Positions 20,572-30,909 of a stretch of DNA of 64,000 nt are shown here, in pieces. The notes beneath the pieces were generated by a model. The model was not told the DNA's origin. It worked only from the letters and a program-made list of their open reading frames with translations, and did not search any database. Numbering within the stretch: position 1 is the first letter of the stretch; every line of letters starts with the position of its first letter. The DNA comes from Patescibacteria group bacterium (GTDB taxonomy: Bacteria > Patescibacteriota > Patescibacteriia > Buchananbacterales > UBA6539), in NCBI GenBank assembly GCA_041662625.1, contig JBAZSB010000001.1, positions 681,385 through 745,384 on the forward strand, written 5' to 3'. The translations under genes and the position numbers were made by a program.

Positions 20572-21798
20572 TCAGCCAAACATAATCCAACCGGGTTTAA
20601 AAATCAATAAAATTCCTAAAATTAAAATAATAATTCCGCCAAACAAATTCGCCCAGTGGGTATATTTATTGCTGATGCCAAAAGCCTGCAAAGTTGTCAT
20701 CGCCACAATAAAAACAATTAAATCATCAAGCATGTAAAATAGAATGTAAAGTAGAATATAAGCATAGTACTGAATAGTGGGCAGTTTGGCCAAAGACAAA
20801 ATTTGTGTATAAATTGCCGGCAGGCCGGCGGAGCAGACCAGCTCCACCAAATTGACTGTAAAAGCCAAAACTATAATACCTAAAAGCGCCAGCCAAAATG
20901 TTTTTTGCTCGGTGATTTTCCTCAAACGGTCCATCACTTTTTTTCTTTTTTCATCATTAATCGCCCGGCAGGTGGCATTACGGTTAGACCACCACTCTTT
21001 TAAATGATACCCACCGCTTGAAATTGCTACTAGTCCAATGATAATTCTGATGGCGGCGATAAATCCCAAAAATAAAAACAGGTTAAGCCAAGCGGCTAAA
21101 AACAAAAAGTAGATTAGGGCCGAAACAAAAATAAAAACCGAGCCCAAAATCCACATTTTCCTTTTATCCTGCATACCCAAAAGTAAACTAATCAAAAAAA
21201 GCAAAATCCACATGGCACAGGGATTAAAACCATCGATTGCCCCAATTATGATTGTTAAAAACGGCAAAGACCAATTTTGAATATTAACTTCGCCCAAAAA
21301 TGGCAAAGTAAGAGTTTGCGGTGAACCTTTTGGTAAACATTGAGTATTACCTCCACTGACCTGCTGGTTGATAATATCACCGACTAAATCAGCACAACCG
21401 ACAGCCGAATGACTTTCTATAATATTTCTGATTTTTTGGCCAGTTGTTTCATCGTTGAGATAACCAGAAATTGTTTCCTGACCGATGACTGTGAAAGGTA
21501 CACCTGTAATTCTGACATTTAATTCCTTGCTAACTTCCTGCATCAGCTTAACGTTGTCTTGATTATTCCAAACTTCCAGGCGTCTGATATTAAGATTAGA
21601 AAATTCTCTTTCTAGTTTACCCAAAAAGACTTCTTCTTTGGCGCAATGGGGGCAGCCATCACCATAGAATAAAGTCAGATAAACTGGCTGAGGTTCTTGA
21701 GCAGAAACAAAGTTGGGCAGCAAAAAAAGACCGAACAAAAATACAAACGATAATTTTAATAAAAATTTATTCATGCAATTTATAGAATCAAGAAGCAA
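20572..21798 (-). CDS. thioredoxin-fold domain fused to CcdA/DsbD-like transmembrane electron-transfer domain
   Basis: 408 aa; signal peptide, CPHC thioredoxin motif (YGDGCPHCAKEE), then polytopic domain with ...GFNPCAMWIL... and a second Cys (CcdA/ScsB-like). Confidence 0.65.
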   Translation of the reverse strand: MLLDSINCMNKFLLKLSFVFLFGLFLLPNFVSAQEPQPVYLTLFYGDGCPHCAKEEVFLGKLEREFSNLNIRRLEVWNNQDNVKLMQEVSKELNVRITGVPFTVIGQETISGYLNDETTGQKIRNIIESHSAVGCADLVGDIINQQVSGGNTQCLPKGSPQTLTLPFLGEVNIQNWSLPFLTIIIGAIDGFNPCAMWILLFLISLLLGMQDKRKMWILGSVFIFVSALIYFLFLAAWLNLFLFLGFIAAIRIIIGLVAISSGGYHLKEWWSNRNATCRAINDEKRKKVMDRLRKITEQKTFWLALLGIIVLAFTVNLVELVCSAGLPAIYTQILSLAKLPTIQYYAYILLYILFYMLDDLIVFIVAMTTLQAFGISNKYTHWANLFGGIIILILGILLIFKPGWIMFG

Positions 21799-21860
21799 GA
21801 ATTAAGAATCACGGGGGTCTAGTTTAGCTTCCTTAATTCATGATTCTTGATTCATGATTC

Positions 21861-22130
21861 TTATTTATCTTTATTTTCCTCCAAGAATTTAATCAAATCC
21901 TTCCGATCAATCTCTCCTTGCTTACGGGCAAATTCATTGCCATCTTGGTCTAAAAAAATAAAAACTGGAATATCGCGGCCAATATTATATTTTTCTACCA
22001 TCTCTTTATCCTGATCATAATCATAATACTGGGTCTTTAGCCAAGGCAATTCTGCTTCAATTTTTTGCCAGCGCGGCCTCATGATAATACAGCCAGGACA
22101 CCAAACCGCGCCAAATTTCAAAACTTTCAT
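21861..22130 (-). CDS. thioredoxin-like protein (WCPGC)
   Basis: 89 aa; KFGAVWCPGCIIMRP active-site-like motif. Confidence 0.6.
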   Translation of the reverse strand: MKVLKFGAVWCPGCIIMRPRWQKIEAELPWLKTQYYDYDQDKEMVEKYNIGRDIPVFIFLDQDGNEFARKQGEIDRKDLIKFLEENKDK

Positions 22131-22131
22131 G

Positions 22132-23157
22132 CTAAATATTGAAATTAGTTATTAAACCCCTGGTTAAAAAACTCCACCAAGGCTTCTTAAATGATAAAAT
22201 TTTACCATCATCACCGCTGATTTCTACTTCAGTTTTAACTTGAATCGGAATAAAACCTAAAAATTTAGCTTGTTGGTTTAATTCTAAACTATAAACTGGT
22301 TTTTCTTTATCCAGGTTTAAAGAAACTTTTTCAACCACAACTTTACTTGAAACCGAAACAATTGAAACAGCTTGCTCCGGTTTTACACCGACTTCAACGG
22401 CTAAATCAGTAGCAATATCTTTTATTATTAACTTATCCTCTTCAACAATAAGAGGTGATTTGGTTTCAATTTCCAATTCCGATATCGCCTCTTTTTGACT
22501 TTCAACTAAAGCGGTGGGGACGGAAGGGATATATTTATAAAATTTAACTTCGCCTTCTTCAATATTAACATTGATTGGTGAAAGCTCCATTTTTATTGTC
22601 GGTGCTTCTGCCATTATTGAAGTGGTGGCTATTTCCACCCCAGCTGGTAAAATCAGCTTTGGCTCTATTTGAGGCCCTGTCGGCTGCGCGATTGAAGATG
22701 GAGTAATTTTTACTGGTGTTTCTTCTTCCCCTGCCGGAGCAGCTGAATCTTCTAATTCAACAATTGGATTAATACAGCCATTATCCAAACAATTTTTAAT
22801 CTTTGCTTCAATTTCTTTGCCGCTGATTTCATCTGTACTATAACCAGTAACTACTGATTCGCCAATAAAAGTAATTGGCACACCATTGGCACTTATACCA
22901 TAAGCTTGGGCTAATTGATTGAATAATGCAACATTTTCCTGGTCAGTCCAAACCTCATAACTTTTGACGGTTAATTCAGGATATTTGGTAACTAAAGTAG
23001 CCAAAAATGGTTTTTCCGCGGCGCAATGAGAACAGCCGGAGTTATAAAAGAAATAGATTGTCGTTGGGTGGGCAGCCAAAACAATAGCGGGTAATAAAAA
23101 AATACTAAAAAAGGCGAAAAAAAATAATCTCAAAAACGAATTTTTCATAACTGCCAA
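22132..23157 (-). CDS. secreted thioredoxin-fold protein with long C-terminal extension
   Basis: 341 aa; signal peptide; CSHC motif (NSGCSHCAAEKPFL) with paralogous layout to 20572..21798 N-domain; low-complexity E/V/I-rich tail. Confidence 0.55.
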   Translation of the reverse strand: MAVMKNSFLRLFFFAFFSIFLLPAIVLAAHPTTIYFFYNSGCSHCAAEKPFLATLVTKYPELTVKSYEVWTDQENVALFNQLAQAYGISANGVPITFIGESVVTGYSTDEISGKEIEAKIKNCLDNGCINPIVELEDSAAPAGEEETPVKITPSSIAQPTGPQIEPKLILPAGVEIATTSIMAEAPTIKMELSPINVNIEEGEVKFYKYIPSVPTALVESQKEAISELEIETKSPLIVEEDKLIIKDIATDLAVEVGVKPEQAVSIVSVSSKVVVEKVSLNLDKEKPVYSLELNQQAKFLGFIPIQVKTEVEISGDDGKILSFKKPWWSFLTRGLITNFNI

Positions 23158-23225
23158 AAATTATAATTAACCTAAGTAAAAACTGAACTTAATAATAACG
23201 CAAAAACTAATTTTTGTCCAGTCAA

Positions 23226-25376
23226 TTAAAGTTTTTTCCTTTTAAGCAAAAGTGAATTACCAACCACAAAAACATCACTTAGCCCCATAGCTGCCGCCGC
23301 TATCATCGGATTTAAAAAACCCATAGCGGCCAATGGGATGGCACAAATATTGTAAAAAAATGCCCAGAATAAATTCTGTTTAATCGTGATAAACGTTTTT
23401 TTAGCCAACATAATAGCCTCAACTGCTTTTAACGGATTGCCAGACATCAACACAATATTGCCAGCCTCAATCGCCACTTCAGTTCCGGTACCAATGGCAA
23501 TTCCTAAATCCGCTTGAGCTAAAGCTGGCGCATCATTAATGCCATCACCAACAAATGCAACAGTTTTGCCTAAGGCTTGCAAACTTTTTACTTCCCTAGC
23601 TTTATCATTAGGCAAAACTTCGGCAATTACTTTTTTAATGCCCAGTTGACTGGCAATATAGTCAGCCGTTTTTTGGTTGTCGCCCGAAATCATAACTGAT
23701 TCAATTCCGGTTTGGCTCAAAATTTCAATTGCTTTTTTTGCTTCGGGCCGCAACGTATCAGCGACAGCGATTAAACCGGCTAACTTGCCATCAACTAAAA
23801 CTAAAACTACGGTTTTACCCTGACTTTCTAATTCTTTAGCCGGCAAACCATTAGTTTGATTAATAAATTTTGAACTGCCAATTACCACTTTTTTACCATT
23901 AACTTCTGTTTCTAATCCCAAACCGGAAATCGCTTTAAAATTTTTAGCCGCATCTAGTTCCAAATTTTCTTCTTTGGCTTTTTTGACAATAGCCTTAGCG
24001 ATCGGATGCTCGGAACTGGATTCTGCCGACGCTGCAATTTGTAGTAATTCTGATTTCTGAGTTCTGAGCTCTGATTTCTGATTAACTATTATGTCCGTCA
24101 CCGCCGGCTCCCCTTTCGTCAATGTACCCGTTTTATCAAAAACGACAGTATCAATCTGCTTGGCTTTTTCCAAAAATTCCCCGCCTTTAATTAAAATCCC
24201 TCGCTGGGCTCCCCGGCCGGTTCCAACCATAATCGCAGTTGGCGTGGCAATGCCTAAGGCACAAGGACAGGAAATAATTAAAACTGCCACCATATTAATT
24301 AGTGACTGAGCCACTGGTGCACCCAGTACAAAATGCCAAATTATAAAAGTCAAAGCGGCCAGTAATAAAACGACCGGCACAAAAATACCGGAGATTTGAT
24401 CGGCTAAGCGCTGAACCGGTGCTTTGGTATTTTGGGCATTCTCAACCATTCTAATTATCTGGGATAAAATTGTATATTGGCCAATCTTAGTCACTTTAAC
24501 CTTGATCGCGCCTTGCTGATTTAGCGTCGCGCCATAAACATTGTTGCCCACTATTTTATCAACTGGCAGGCTCTCACCGGTTAGCATCGATTCATCAACC
24601 GTGGTTTGGCCTTCAATAATTTCTCCATCCAATGGAATTTTCTCACCGGGTTTGACTAGTAGAATATCGCCAAATTTTACTGAATCAATACTTACCTCCC
24701 TTTGGCCATTTTCATCAATAATTCTGGCTTGCCGGACGCCCAAATGCATTAATTTTTCAATTGCCTGCGAAGTCCGGCCCGTACTCAAAGCTTCTAAGTA
24801 ATGGCCCAATAAAATAATGGCGATAATCGTTGAGGCGCTTTCAAAATAAGTTTGGCCGCCGTTGAAAACTGCCCAGAGGCTATAAAAGTAAGCGGCCAAA
24901 GTTCCCAAAGAAATCAAAGAATCCATATCCGCCTTGAATCTTAAACTTTGCCGAATCATGCCTTGATGAAATTCCAAACCCGGGCCAAATAAAGAAATGG
25001 TAGTTAAAATCATTAAAATCCATTGCCAACTGCCAATCCCTAAAAAGCTGCCGGGCAATTCGACCATAACAAACATGGAGATTAAACCGGGGATGGCTAA
25101 AATCGCGGCAATGACAAAAATATTTAAACCATGCTTTAAATGATTTTTTTGCTGATGGCTTTGATACTCATCAACTATTTGGTAACCATTATTAATAATC
25201 GCCTTTTTCAGCTGATCAATAGTGGTTTGGTTTCCGTCATAGTCAATAATCGCCTGCGATTTGATATAATTAACCACTGCCTTGCTAACCCCGGGAATTT
25301 TTTGCAAAACTTTTTCATTGCTGACTGCACAAGAGGCACAATGCATGCCGGCAATATTTAATTTGATTTGTTTCAT
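23226..25376 (-). CDS. copA: copper-translocating P1B-type ATPase
   Basis: 716 aa; N-terminal [20 protein letters not shown] motif ([11 protein letters not shown]), DKTGTLT phosphorylation site, [10 protein letters not shown] hinge. Confidence 0.9.
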   Translation of the reverse strand: MKQIKLNIAGMHCASCAVSNEKVLQKIPGVSKAVVNYIKSQAIIDYDGNQTTIDQLKKAIINNGYQIVDEYQSHQQKNHLKHGLNIFVIAAILAIPGLISMFVMVELPGSFLGIGSWQWILMILTTISLFGPGLEFHQGMIRQSLRFKADMDSLISLGTLAAYFYSLWAVFNGGQTYFESASTIIAIILLGHYLEALSTGRTSQAIEKLMHLGVRQARIIDENGQREVSIDSVKFGDILLVKPGEKIPLDGEIIEGQTTVDESMLTGESLPVDKIVGNNVYGATLNQQGAIKVKVTKIGQYTILSQIIRMVENAQNTKAPVQRLADQISGIFVPVVLLLAALTFIIWHFVLGAPVAQSLINMVAVLIISCPCALGIATPTAIMVGTGRGAQRGILIKGGEFLEKAKQIDTVVFDKTGTLTKGEPAVTDIIVNQKSELRTQKSELLQIAASAESSSEHPIAKAIVKKAKEENLELDAAKNFKAISGLGLETEVNGKKVVIGSSKFINQTNGLPAKELESQGKTVVLVLVDGKLAGLIAVADTLRPEAKKAIEILSQTGIESVMISGDNQKTADYIASQLGIKKVIAEVLPNDKAREVKSLQALGKTVAFVGDGINDAPALAQADLGIAIGTGTEVAIEAGNIVLMSGNPLKAVEAIMLAKKTFITIKQNLFWAFFYNICAIPLAAMGFLNPMIAAAAMGLSDVFVVGNSLLLKRKKL

Positions 25377-25446
25377 ATGTTTAAATATTCGTAGATTTGT
25401 AGATTCGCATCGTCATTCGCAGATTAGTATTAAACACACAACCTCT

Positions 25447-26808
25447 CTACTGAACCACAAACTTCCCCCACACCATTTGCATGCCGCAGGAAAATGGAAT
25501 CTCTCCGGTTTGCGTCGGCGTAAATTCAATGATATTTTCTCCCATCTGTAACTGCCGGGAAATATTATACCCGCCATGTAGAACGATACTACTGGTACAG
25601 CCAGAGAGTTGTTTAACATTAATAACCCAGCGAACCGGTATCCCTTTTTTAACCGGCAAAACATTTGGGTCATAACCACCATAAGTTAAATACATATTGA
25701 CGACCTGATAATTACCGGGATTATTACTTTGCTTCTGATTAATCATTGTTCCATGACCAAAACTAACACCCCAGCCAAAGTTGGTTAAGCCACGGTTAAT
25801 CATCACCAAGGCCAAAAGGCCAACCACCACTGCGGAAATTTTTATTATTTTTTTCATATAACTTTTGGATAAATAAGAAATAAAAGCGCCAAAGCCAAAC
25901 ATTAAAGGAATCGTACCTAAAGCGTAAACGGCTAAACTCAAGGCGCCGCGGGTGACACTGCCAGTGCCTAAAGCATAAAGCTGCATAGCTTGTAACGGCC
26001 CACAGGGCATCAGACCAGTTAATAAACCAATAACTAACGGCCCTTTGGGATTTTTACTGTACTTTTGCCCATATAAAAACTTAGCAATAAATGCCGGCGT
26101 TCTTAAACTTAATTTTTCTAGCATTTTAAAATTAGTAAAAAGTGAGACAGCCATTAAAATCATAAAAACCCCAGCTAAAAGCATCAGGCCGCCGGAAAAA
26201 TAAGGGTTGATCGCAAAAAATGAACCAATCCCGCCTAATATTCCACCAACAATAGTATAGGAAATTAACCGGCCGAAATTATATTGTAAATGCGGAATTG
26301 ATAAGCGTAATTTTTTTTCCCCACTGGCCGCTAATCCGGCTGAATAGGTTACCACTAGTCCCCCACACATACCAATACAGTGAAAGCTGGCTAAAATGCC
26401 GATAACAAATAACAAGCCATAACTTAAGTTTGACTCATTCAATCTGGCTAAAATTGCTAAAGCGCCTGTTTTAGTAACAAAAAAATAACCGACGGTCAAA
26501 CCAATTATAATTAATGGGATTAGCATACCCATTAAGAAATTCTTTAGGCCTGCCTGCTGTCCAGCTGAATTTACTGAACTCGCTGAACTCGCTGCATTTA
26601 CTGAATAATCAAAACTTTCGATTTTATCTTTGATGGCCTGAAATGAAATCTGATTCTGGTCGAACTCAACAAAACAATTGCCAGTTTGATAATTGACTTC
26701 AATTTTATTTACCCCTTTTAAAACATCAACTTCCGTTTCCAGCAAAGTCTTGCAGCTTTTACAATGCAACCCTTTGACCTGAAATTTTATTTTTTTTAGA
26801 TCAAGCAT
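25447..26808 (-). CDS. HMA domain / polytopic DsbD_2(UreH)-like membrane domain / C-terminal cupredoxin-like domain fusion protein
   Basis: ORF track gives 25447..26850, but the likely start is M15 (MLDLKKIKFQVKGLHCKSC), which removes the overlap with csoR. HMA motif GLHCKSC; membrane core with HCIGMCGG and PCGP motifs; C-terminal ...FSCGMQMVWGKFVV beta-rich domain. Confidence 0.5.
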   Translation of the reverse strand: MLDLKKIKFQVKGLHCKSCKTLLETEVDVLKGVNKIEVNYQTGNCFVEFDQNQISFQAIKDKIESFDYSVNAASSASSVNSAGQQAGLKNFLMGMLIPLIIIGLTVGYFFVTKTGALAILARLNESNLSYGLLFVIGILASFHCIGMCGGLVVTYSAGLAASGEKKLRLSIPHLQYNFGRLISYTIVGGILGGIGSFFAINPYFSGGLMLLAGVFMILMAVSLFTNFKMLEKLSLRTPAFIAKFLYGQKYSKNPKGPLVIGLLTGLMPCGPLQAMQLYALGTGSVTRGALSLAVYALGTIPLMFGFGAFISYLSKSYMKKIIKISAVVVGLLALVMINRGLTNFGWGVSFGHGTMINQKQSNNPGNYQVVNMYLTYGGYDPNVLPVKKGIPVRWVINVKQLSGCTSSIVLHGGYNISRQLQMGENIIEFTPTQTGEIPFSCGMQMVWGKFVVQ

Positions 26809-26809
26809 A

Positions 26810-27076
26810 TTATTTGTTATGCATCTTCTCCAAATGTAGGATTTCTTCAATCATCTCTTTTTTTCGGCCTTCATTACTCCCCTTCATCGCATTAGTAAAA
26901 CAAGTCTTCAGATGCCCTTCCAAAAGCATATTGTTCACCGATTTTAAAAGCCCAATCACCGCTAAATTCTGCTGCATGATATCAACACAATATTCTTTAG
27001 TCTCCACCATTTTAATGACCTTGGCTAAGTGACTTTGAGCTTTTTTTAAGTTAATTAAGGTTTTTTCTTGTTCCAT
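26810..27076 (-). CDS. csoR: copper-sensing transcriptional repressor CsoR/RcnR family
   Basis: 88 aa; ...KKAQSHLAKVIKMVETKEYCVDIMQQNLAVIGLLKSVNNMLLEGHLKTCF... aligns with the CsoR C-H-C ligand set (YCVD ... HLxTCF). Confidence 0.8.
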   Translation of the reverse strand: MEQEKTLINLKKAQSHLAKVIKMVETKEYCVDIMQQNLAVIGLLKSVNNMLLEGHLKTCFTNAMKGSNEGRKKEMIEEILHLEKMHNK

Positions 27077-27103
27077 AGAATTTTAGAATTAATGATTTAT
27101 TAA

Positions 27104-27126
27104 TACCTATACCCCAGGTATAGGTA
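27104..27126. promoter_or_regulatory. candidate CsoR operator: perfect 10-bp inverted repeat TACCTATACC-CCA-GGTATAGGTA
   Basis: Located 28-50 bp upstream of the csoR start; resembles known CsoR pseudo-palindromic operators (TACC...GGTA with a central G/C tract). Confidence 0.5.
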
Positions 27127-27178
27127 TGTTAGCAGTTAAAAAAATAAGTGTCAAGTATCCCCTAGCTAAACTGACAGA

Positions 27179-27994
27179 CTAGGAATTTAGACACCATTTA
27201 ATAGTCTTAGGGATTTCCTCAGCTAAATCAGAAGCATTATAATAAAAAGAAACTTTTTTATACAATTGATCGCCAGCTAAACCATTAATAAAGGTACCAG
27301 CGGAAGCGGCTAAAAATAATTCGTTTTTTGCTGCCAGACCCGTAATCAAACCAGCTAAAACATCCCCTGTCCCCCCTTTAGTCATACCGGCATTACCGGT
27401 TTTATTAATTTTAAATTTGTTGCCCCAAGCAATGAGATCAAGTTGCCCTTTCAAAACAATCACGCAGTGGTATTTTTTAGCCATTTGACTGACAGCAGCT
27501 TTAGTCGCTTTTAGGCCAAAGAGTTGTTTAAACTCTTGGTGGTGAGGCGTGATGATACAATTTTGGTTTAATAATTTCTTATCAACGACTTTCAAAGCGT
27601 CGGCATCTAAAACAAACTTTTTATTTTTAAACCTTTTTAATAAACTATTGGTTAATCTTTTGGTTTCTTGGCTAATTCCTAAACCAGGACCAATTAAAAT
27701 TGCGTCAACTTTCCCGGCCACTTTACCGATTTCCGACCGGGGAACAACAATAAAATCAGATAGTTGGCTTTTTAGCTTTTTGATTATCTCGTTATTTTCC
27801 AAAACGGAAGAAAAATAAACTAAATCAACAATTCGGCTAGCGGTTTTGGCAGCAAGAATCGGCGCTCCATGAAATTTTTCTGAGCCGCCAATAATTATAA
27901 TGGCGCCATTATCACCCTTATGCGACTTTTTGTTAGGCCGAAACAAGGCCTTAACTTCTCTGACACCGGTTTTTTGTTGGTTTAGTTCTGACAT
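27179..27994 (-). CDS. nnrD: ADP-dependent NAD(P)H-hydrate dehydratase (YjeF C-terminal domain)
   Basis: 271 aa; ...GDNGAIIIIGGSEKFHGAPILAA..., ...VLDADAL..., ...GGTGDVLAGLITGLAA... carbohydrate-kinase-like fold. Confidence 0.75.
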   Translation of the reverse strand: MSELNQQKTGVREVKALFRPNKKSHKGDNGAIIIIGGSEKFHGAPILAAKTASRIVDLVYFSSVLENNEIIKKLKSQLSDFIVVPRSEIGKVAGKVDAILIGPGLGISQETKRLTNSLLKRFKNKKFVLDADALKVVDKKLLNQNCIITPHHQEFKQLFGLKATKAAVSQMAKKYHCVIVLKGQLDLIAWGNKFKINKTGNAGMTKGGTGDVLAGLITGLAAKNELFLAASAGTFINGLAGDQLYKKVSFYYNASDLAEEIPKTIKWCLNS

Positions 27995-28194
27995 AACAAT
28001 TAAATTCTAAGCTTTTACTATCTGATAGTCAAACAAAAAACAAGTTAGACCAAAGAAATTACCAAAATATTATTGACATTCATTTCGGTTAATGGTAAGG
28101 TAAGCTGTGATTTTGCAATGACACAACTTCTGAGGCTATAAGCCTCTCTAACCGACGAGTAGATCGTCAATGTTCTTTAAGGAGGTGAATCCAA

Positions 28195-28458
28195 GTGGAC
28201 AGTAATAGTCAAAAGTGGCAACTGACAGTGAAGAGTTGGGGGGAAGGTCATAAAGGTGACGACTGCGACATAACCGCGGAAGTGACTTCTGGTAGTTTGT
28301 CAGTCGACGGCCAGCCAGCGACTTTGAGTCGGAGTGCTAATGGTAAAGGCGTAGTTTTGAACCTTACCCGAAACCGATTCTTCGTCTTCGATCCTTCCGA
28401 TCAAGGCGACGTCAGCATTAAACAGGCACTTGCCCAGGCCTGTAGGCTTACCCTCTGA
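28195..28458 (+). CDS. small GC-rich hypothetical protein (87 aa) with perfect SD
   Basis: AAGGAGGTG 7 nt upstream of a GTG start (my count puts the codon at 28194-28196). About 50% GC versus about 37% genome; opposite strand to all neighbours; no recognisable family. Confidence 0.4.
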   Translation: MDSNSQKWQLTVKSWGEGHKGDDCDITAEVTSGSLSVDGQPATLSRSANGKGVVLNLTRNRFFVFDPSDQGDVSIKQALAQACRLTL

Positions 28459-28521
28459 CAATCTGAAACTCCGCCCAAAATCCACTCATGGCAGTTGGAC
28501 CAGTTCTACTGGTCTCTTTTT

Positions 28522-30048
28522 TTACTCAACCTTTGGCCGATACTGCAATGCTTCGGCAACGTGATCAAGCTTAATATCTTCTATCCCATTCAAATCAGCG
28601 ATGGTCCGGGCCAGTTTCAGGATTCGAAAATAGGACCGGGCGGAAAGCCCCAACTGATTTACGGCTTGTCTTAATAATTCCAAAGTTTTATCATCCACCG
28701 GACAAAACGTTTTAGTTTGCCGCGAAGACATTTCCGAGTTGGTAATAATACTTAAATCCTGAAAACGCTTCAGCTGAATTTGCCGCGCCCCCTCCACTCT
28801 TTGCCGAATTACAATTGAAGTTTCTGCTGAATCTTGCTCAGTCAACTTTTCAAATTTTACTTTTGGCACCTCAACGTGCAAATCAATCCGATCCAAAAGT
28901 GGACCGGAAATCTTTTTTTGATAATGAATGATTTGATTGGGTAAACAGGTACAGTTGCGGTCCGGATCATTTAAATAACCGCAGGGGCAAGGATTCATTG
29001 CCGCTACCAAAATAAACTTGGCCGGAAACTGAAGTGTTCCCGAAGCCCGCGAGACCGAGATGACTCCGTCTTCTAAAGGCTGGCGTAAATTTTCTAAAAC
29101 CCCACGCGGAAATTCTGCAAACTCATCCAAAAATAAAATACCACGGTGAGCCAAAGAAATTTCCCCTGGCTTAGGCCAGGTGCCGCCGCCAACTAAGGCC
29201 ACACCCGAAGCCGTGTGGTGGGGTGAACGAAAAGGCCGCCAGGTAATTAAAGGTTGGTCAGAGGGTAATGAACCAGCGACGCTATAAATCCGAGTTACTT
29301 CCAAAGATTCCACTAAAGCCATTGGCGGCAAAATAGTGACCATGGTTTTGGCCAGTAATGTTTTACCTGCTCCCGGCACACCACAAAGAAGAACATTATG
29401 ACCACCAGCCGCCGCAATTTCCAAAGCCCGTTTGACCTGCTGCTGGCCTTTGATATAACTCATATCGTAATCATTATTCAAAAGATCATGGCTGGCTAAA
29501 ATCGTAGGATCAGGCTGAAAATGATTAATTAACCCTTTACCGGATAAATGATTAACTAATTCTAACAAATTTTGGCAGGCAAAAATTTCAATTCCCGAGA
29601 CTAAACCGGCTTCAGCGGCGTTAGCTAAGGGCAAATAGATAGTTTTGATTCCTTTATTTTTTGCCTCAAGACAAATTGATAAAACGCCGTTAACCGGCCG
29701 CAGCTCACCATCCAAAGCCAGCTCACCAATAAATAATTGGTTGTCCCAGGCAGTTTTCATTAACAATTGCTTGGTCGTTAAAAGAATGCTGATGGCAATC
29801 GGCAAATCATAGGCTGGGCCTTCTTTTTTTAAATCAGCCGGCGCCAGATTAACCGTGATTCGCCCCCGCGGCATTTCAAAGCCGGAATTTTTGATTGCCG
29901 ACCTAACTCTTTCTTTGGATTCATCAACGGATTTATCTGGTAAGCCAACAATAAAAAATTTCGCATTTGACCAAGAGGTATCGGCTTCAACCTCGACTAA
30001 TTCACAATCAAGGCCGAGCACAGCGGCAGATAGGACTTTTTTGGACAT
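28522..30048 (-). CDS. YifB/ComM-family Mg-chelatase-like AAA+ ATPase
   Basis: 508 aa; N-terminal ...AAVLGLDCELVEVEADTS...FFIVGLPDKSVDESKERVRSAI..., Walker A GVPGAGKT, C-terminal Mg-chelatase ChlI-like region. Confidence 0.85.
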   Translation of the reverse strand: MSKKVLSAAVLGLDCELVEVEADTSWSNAKFFIVGLPDKSVDESKERVRSAIKNSGFEMPRGRITVNLAPADLKKEGPAYDLPIAISILLTTKQLLMKTAWDNQLFIGELALDGELRPVNGVLSICLEAKNKGIKTIYLPLANAAEAGLVSGIEIFACQNLLELVNHLSGKGLINHFQPDPTILASHDLLNNDYDMSYIKGQQQVKRALEIAAAGGHNVLLCGVPGAGKTLLAKTMVTILPPMALVESLEVTRIYSVAGSLPSDQPLITWRPFRSPHHTASGVALVGGGTWPKPGEISLAHRGILFLDEFAEFPRGVLENLRQPLEDGVISVSRASGTLQFPAKFILVAAMNPCPCGYLNDPDRNCTCLPNQIIHYQKKISGPLLDRIDLHVEVPKVKFEKLTEQDSAETSIVIRQRVEGARQIQLKRFQDLSIITNSEMSSRQTKTFCPVDDKTLELLRQAVNQLGLSARSYFRILKLARTIADLNGIEDIKLDHVAEALQYRPKVE

Positions 30049-30087
30049 AGAATAGATAAGAAATTAAAAAAATAAAAAATTAAGAAA

Positions 30088-30456
30088 TTAAATTTGCTTA
30101 GATATACTTTTCTCTAAGTTTGAAATTTCGGTCCAAAGCATTGCCCCAATTTGCTTTGCTAATTCTAATCCTTGATTATACCTTTCCTGACTTAAAAATC
30201 CTTCTTCCTTAAAAAAGTCCAAAAGATAATCTGATTCCATTAATGAGCCATAAGAAATTTCAAGAAAGTTTAATCTAATTAATGGTTTTTTACGAGCGTA
30301 ACCTTCAATATAGTTTAAAATTATTGATAAGGTACAGCGCCGCCATTGTGAAGTACCACCATACATTTCTTGCTTGGGAAAATCTTTAGTCTGTTTGTAG
30401 ACGAAGTGAATGTATTCATCCATCTTTTTCTTTAATTGATTTTGATAATTATTCAT
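30088..30456 (-). CDS. four-helix-bundle protein (23S rRNA IVS-type, TIGR02436-like)
   Basis: 122 aa; ...FPKQEMYGGTSQWRRCTLSIILNYIEGYARKKP...FLEISYGSLMESDYLLDF... matches the family consensus (SQLRRA..SI..NIAEG...FL.IA.GSL.EL). Confidence 0.6.
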   Translation of the reverse strand: MNNYQNQLKKKMDEYIHFVYKQTKDFPKQEMYGGTSQWRRCTLSIILNYIEGYARKKPLIRLNFLEISYGSLMESDYLLDFFKEEGFLSQERYNQGLELAKQIGAMLWTEISNLEKSISKQI

Positions 30457-30648
30457 ATTTTAATTTCTTATTTTCTTAATTTCTTAATTTTTTATACATA
30501 AAAATAGCCCATTTCTGCGCTATATTGACTGATCTAATTGTCCTTTCTATCTTATTATATTTCCCAAAATTTGTCTAGCTGACCATTGACTCACCATAGT
30601 TAGTATAATAAGATGTAATTACTGAGCAAAACTGGTTTTGTTCATGAC

Positions 30649-30909
30649 ATGAGGAGATCCAGCATGGATGCACAAGTAGCAACCGGCTCACCAGAAGTTT
30701 TGGTGATCACACCGCAACGGGAATGCCCCCATTGCCAAAAACCGACGATCGAAAGCAGCTTCCTCAACTTCCAATGCCCTATCTGCACCGGGGAATTCTG
30801 CTCGCGTTGTTTTGTGGCAATCCCAAGTGCGGAAACAAACCCAAATGGCAAACTCATCCAGTGTCCACATTGCGAAGCCACGCTGCTGTTGCCACCCCGG
30901 ACACGCTAG
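30649..30909 (+). CDS. small zinc-ribbon protein with three CxxC pairs (GC-rich)
   Basis: CPHC, CPIC, C..C, CPHC motifs; likely start is the internal ATG at 30664 (MDAQ...), preceded by GAGGAG; about 55% GC. Confidence 0.45.
   Translation: MRRSSMDAQVATGSPEVLVITPQRECPHCQKPTIESSFLNFQCPICTGEFCSRCFVAIPSAETNPNGKLIQCPHCEATLLLPPRTR

Noticed and set aside
25282-25682. ORFs 25282..25551(+), 25413..25682(-), 25481..25675(+) between copA and the HMA-fusion gene
   Set aside because: Overlap the 3' end of the HMA-fusion gene and the copA start; no motifs; the region is better explained as operon spacer plus gene ends.
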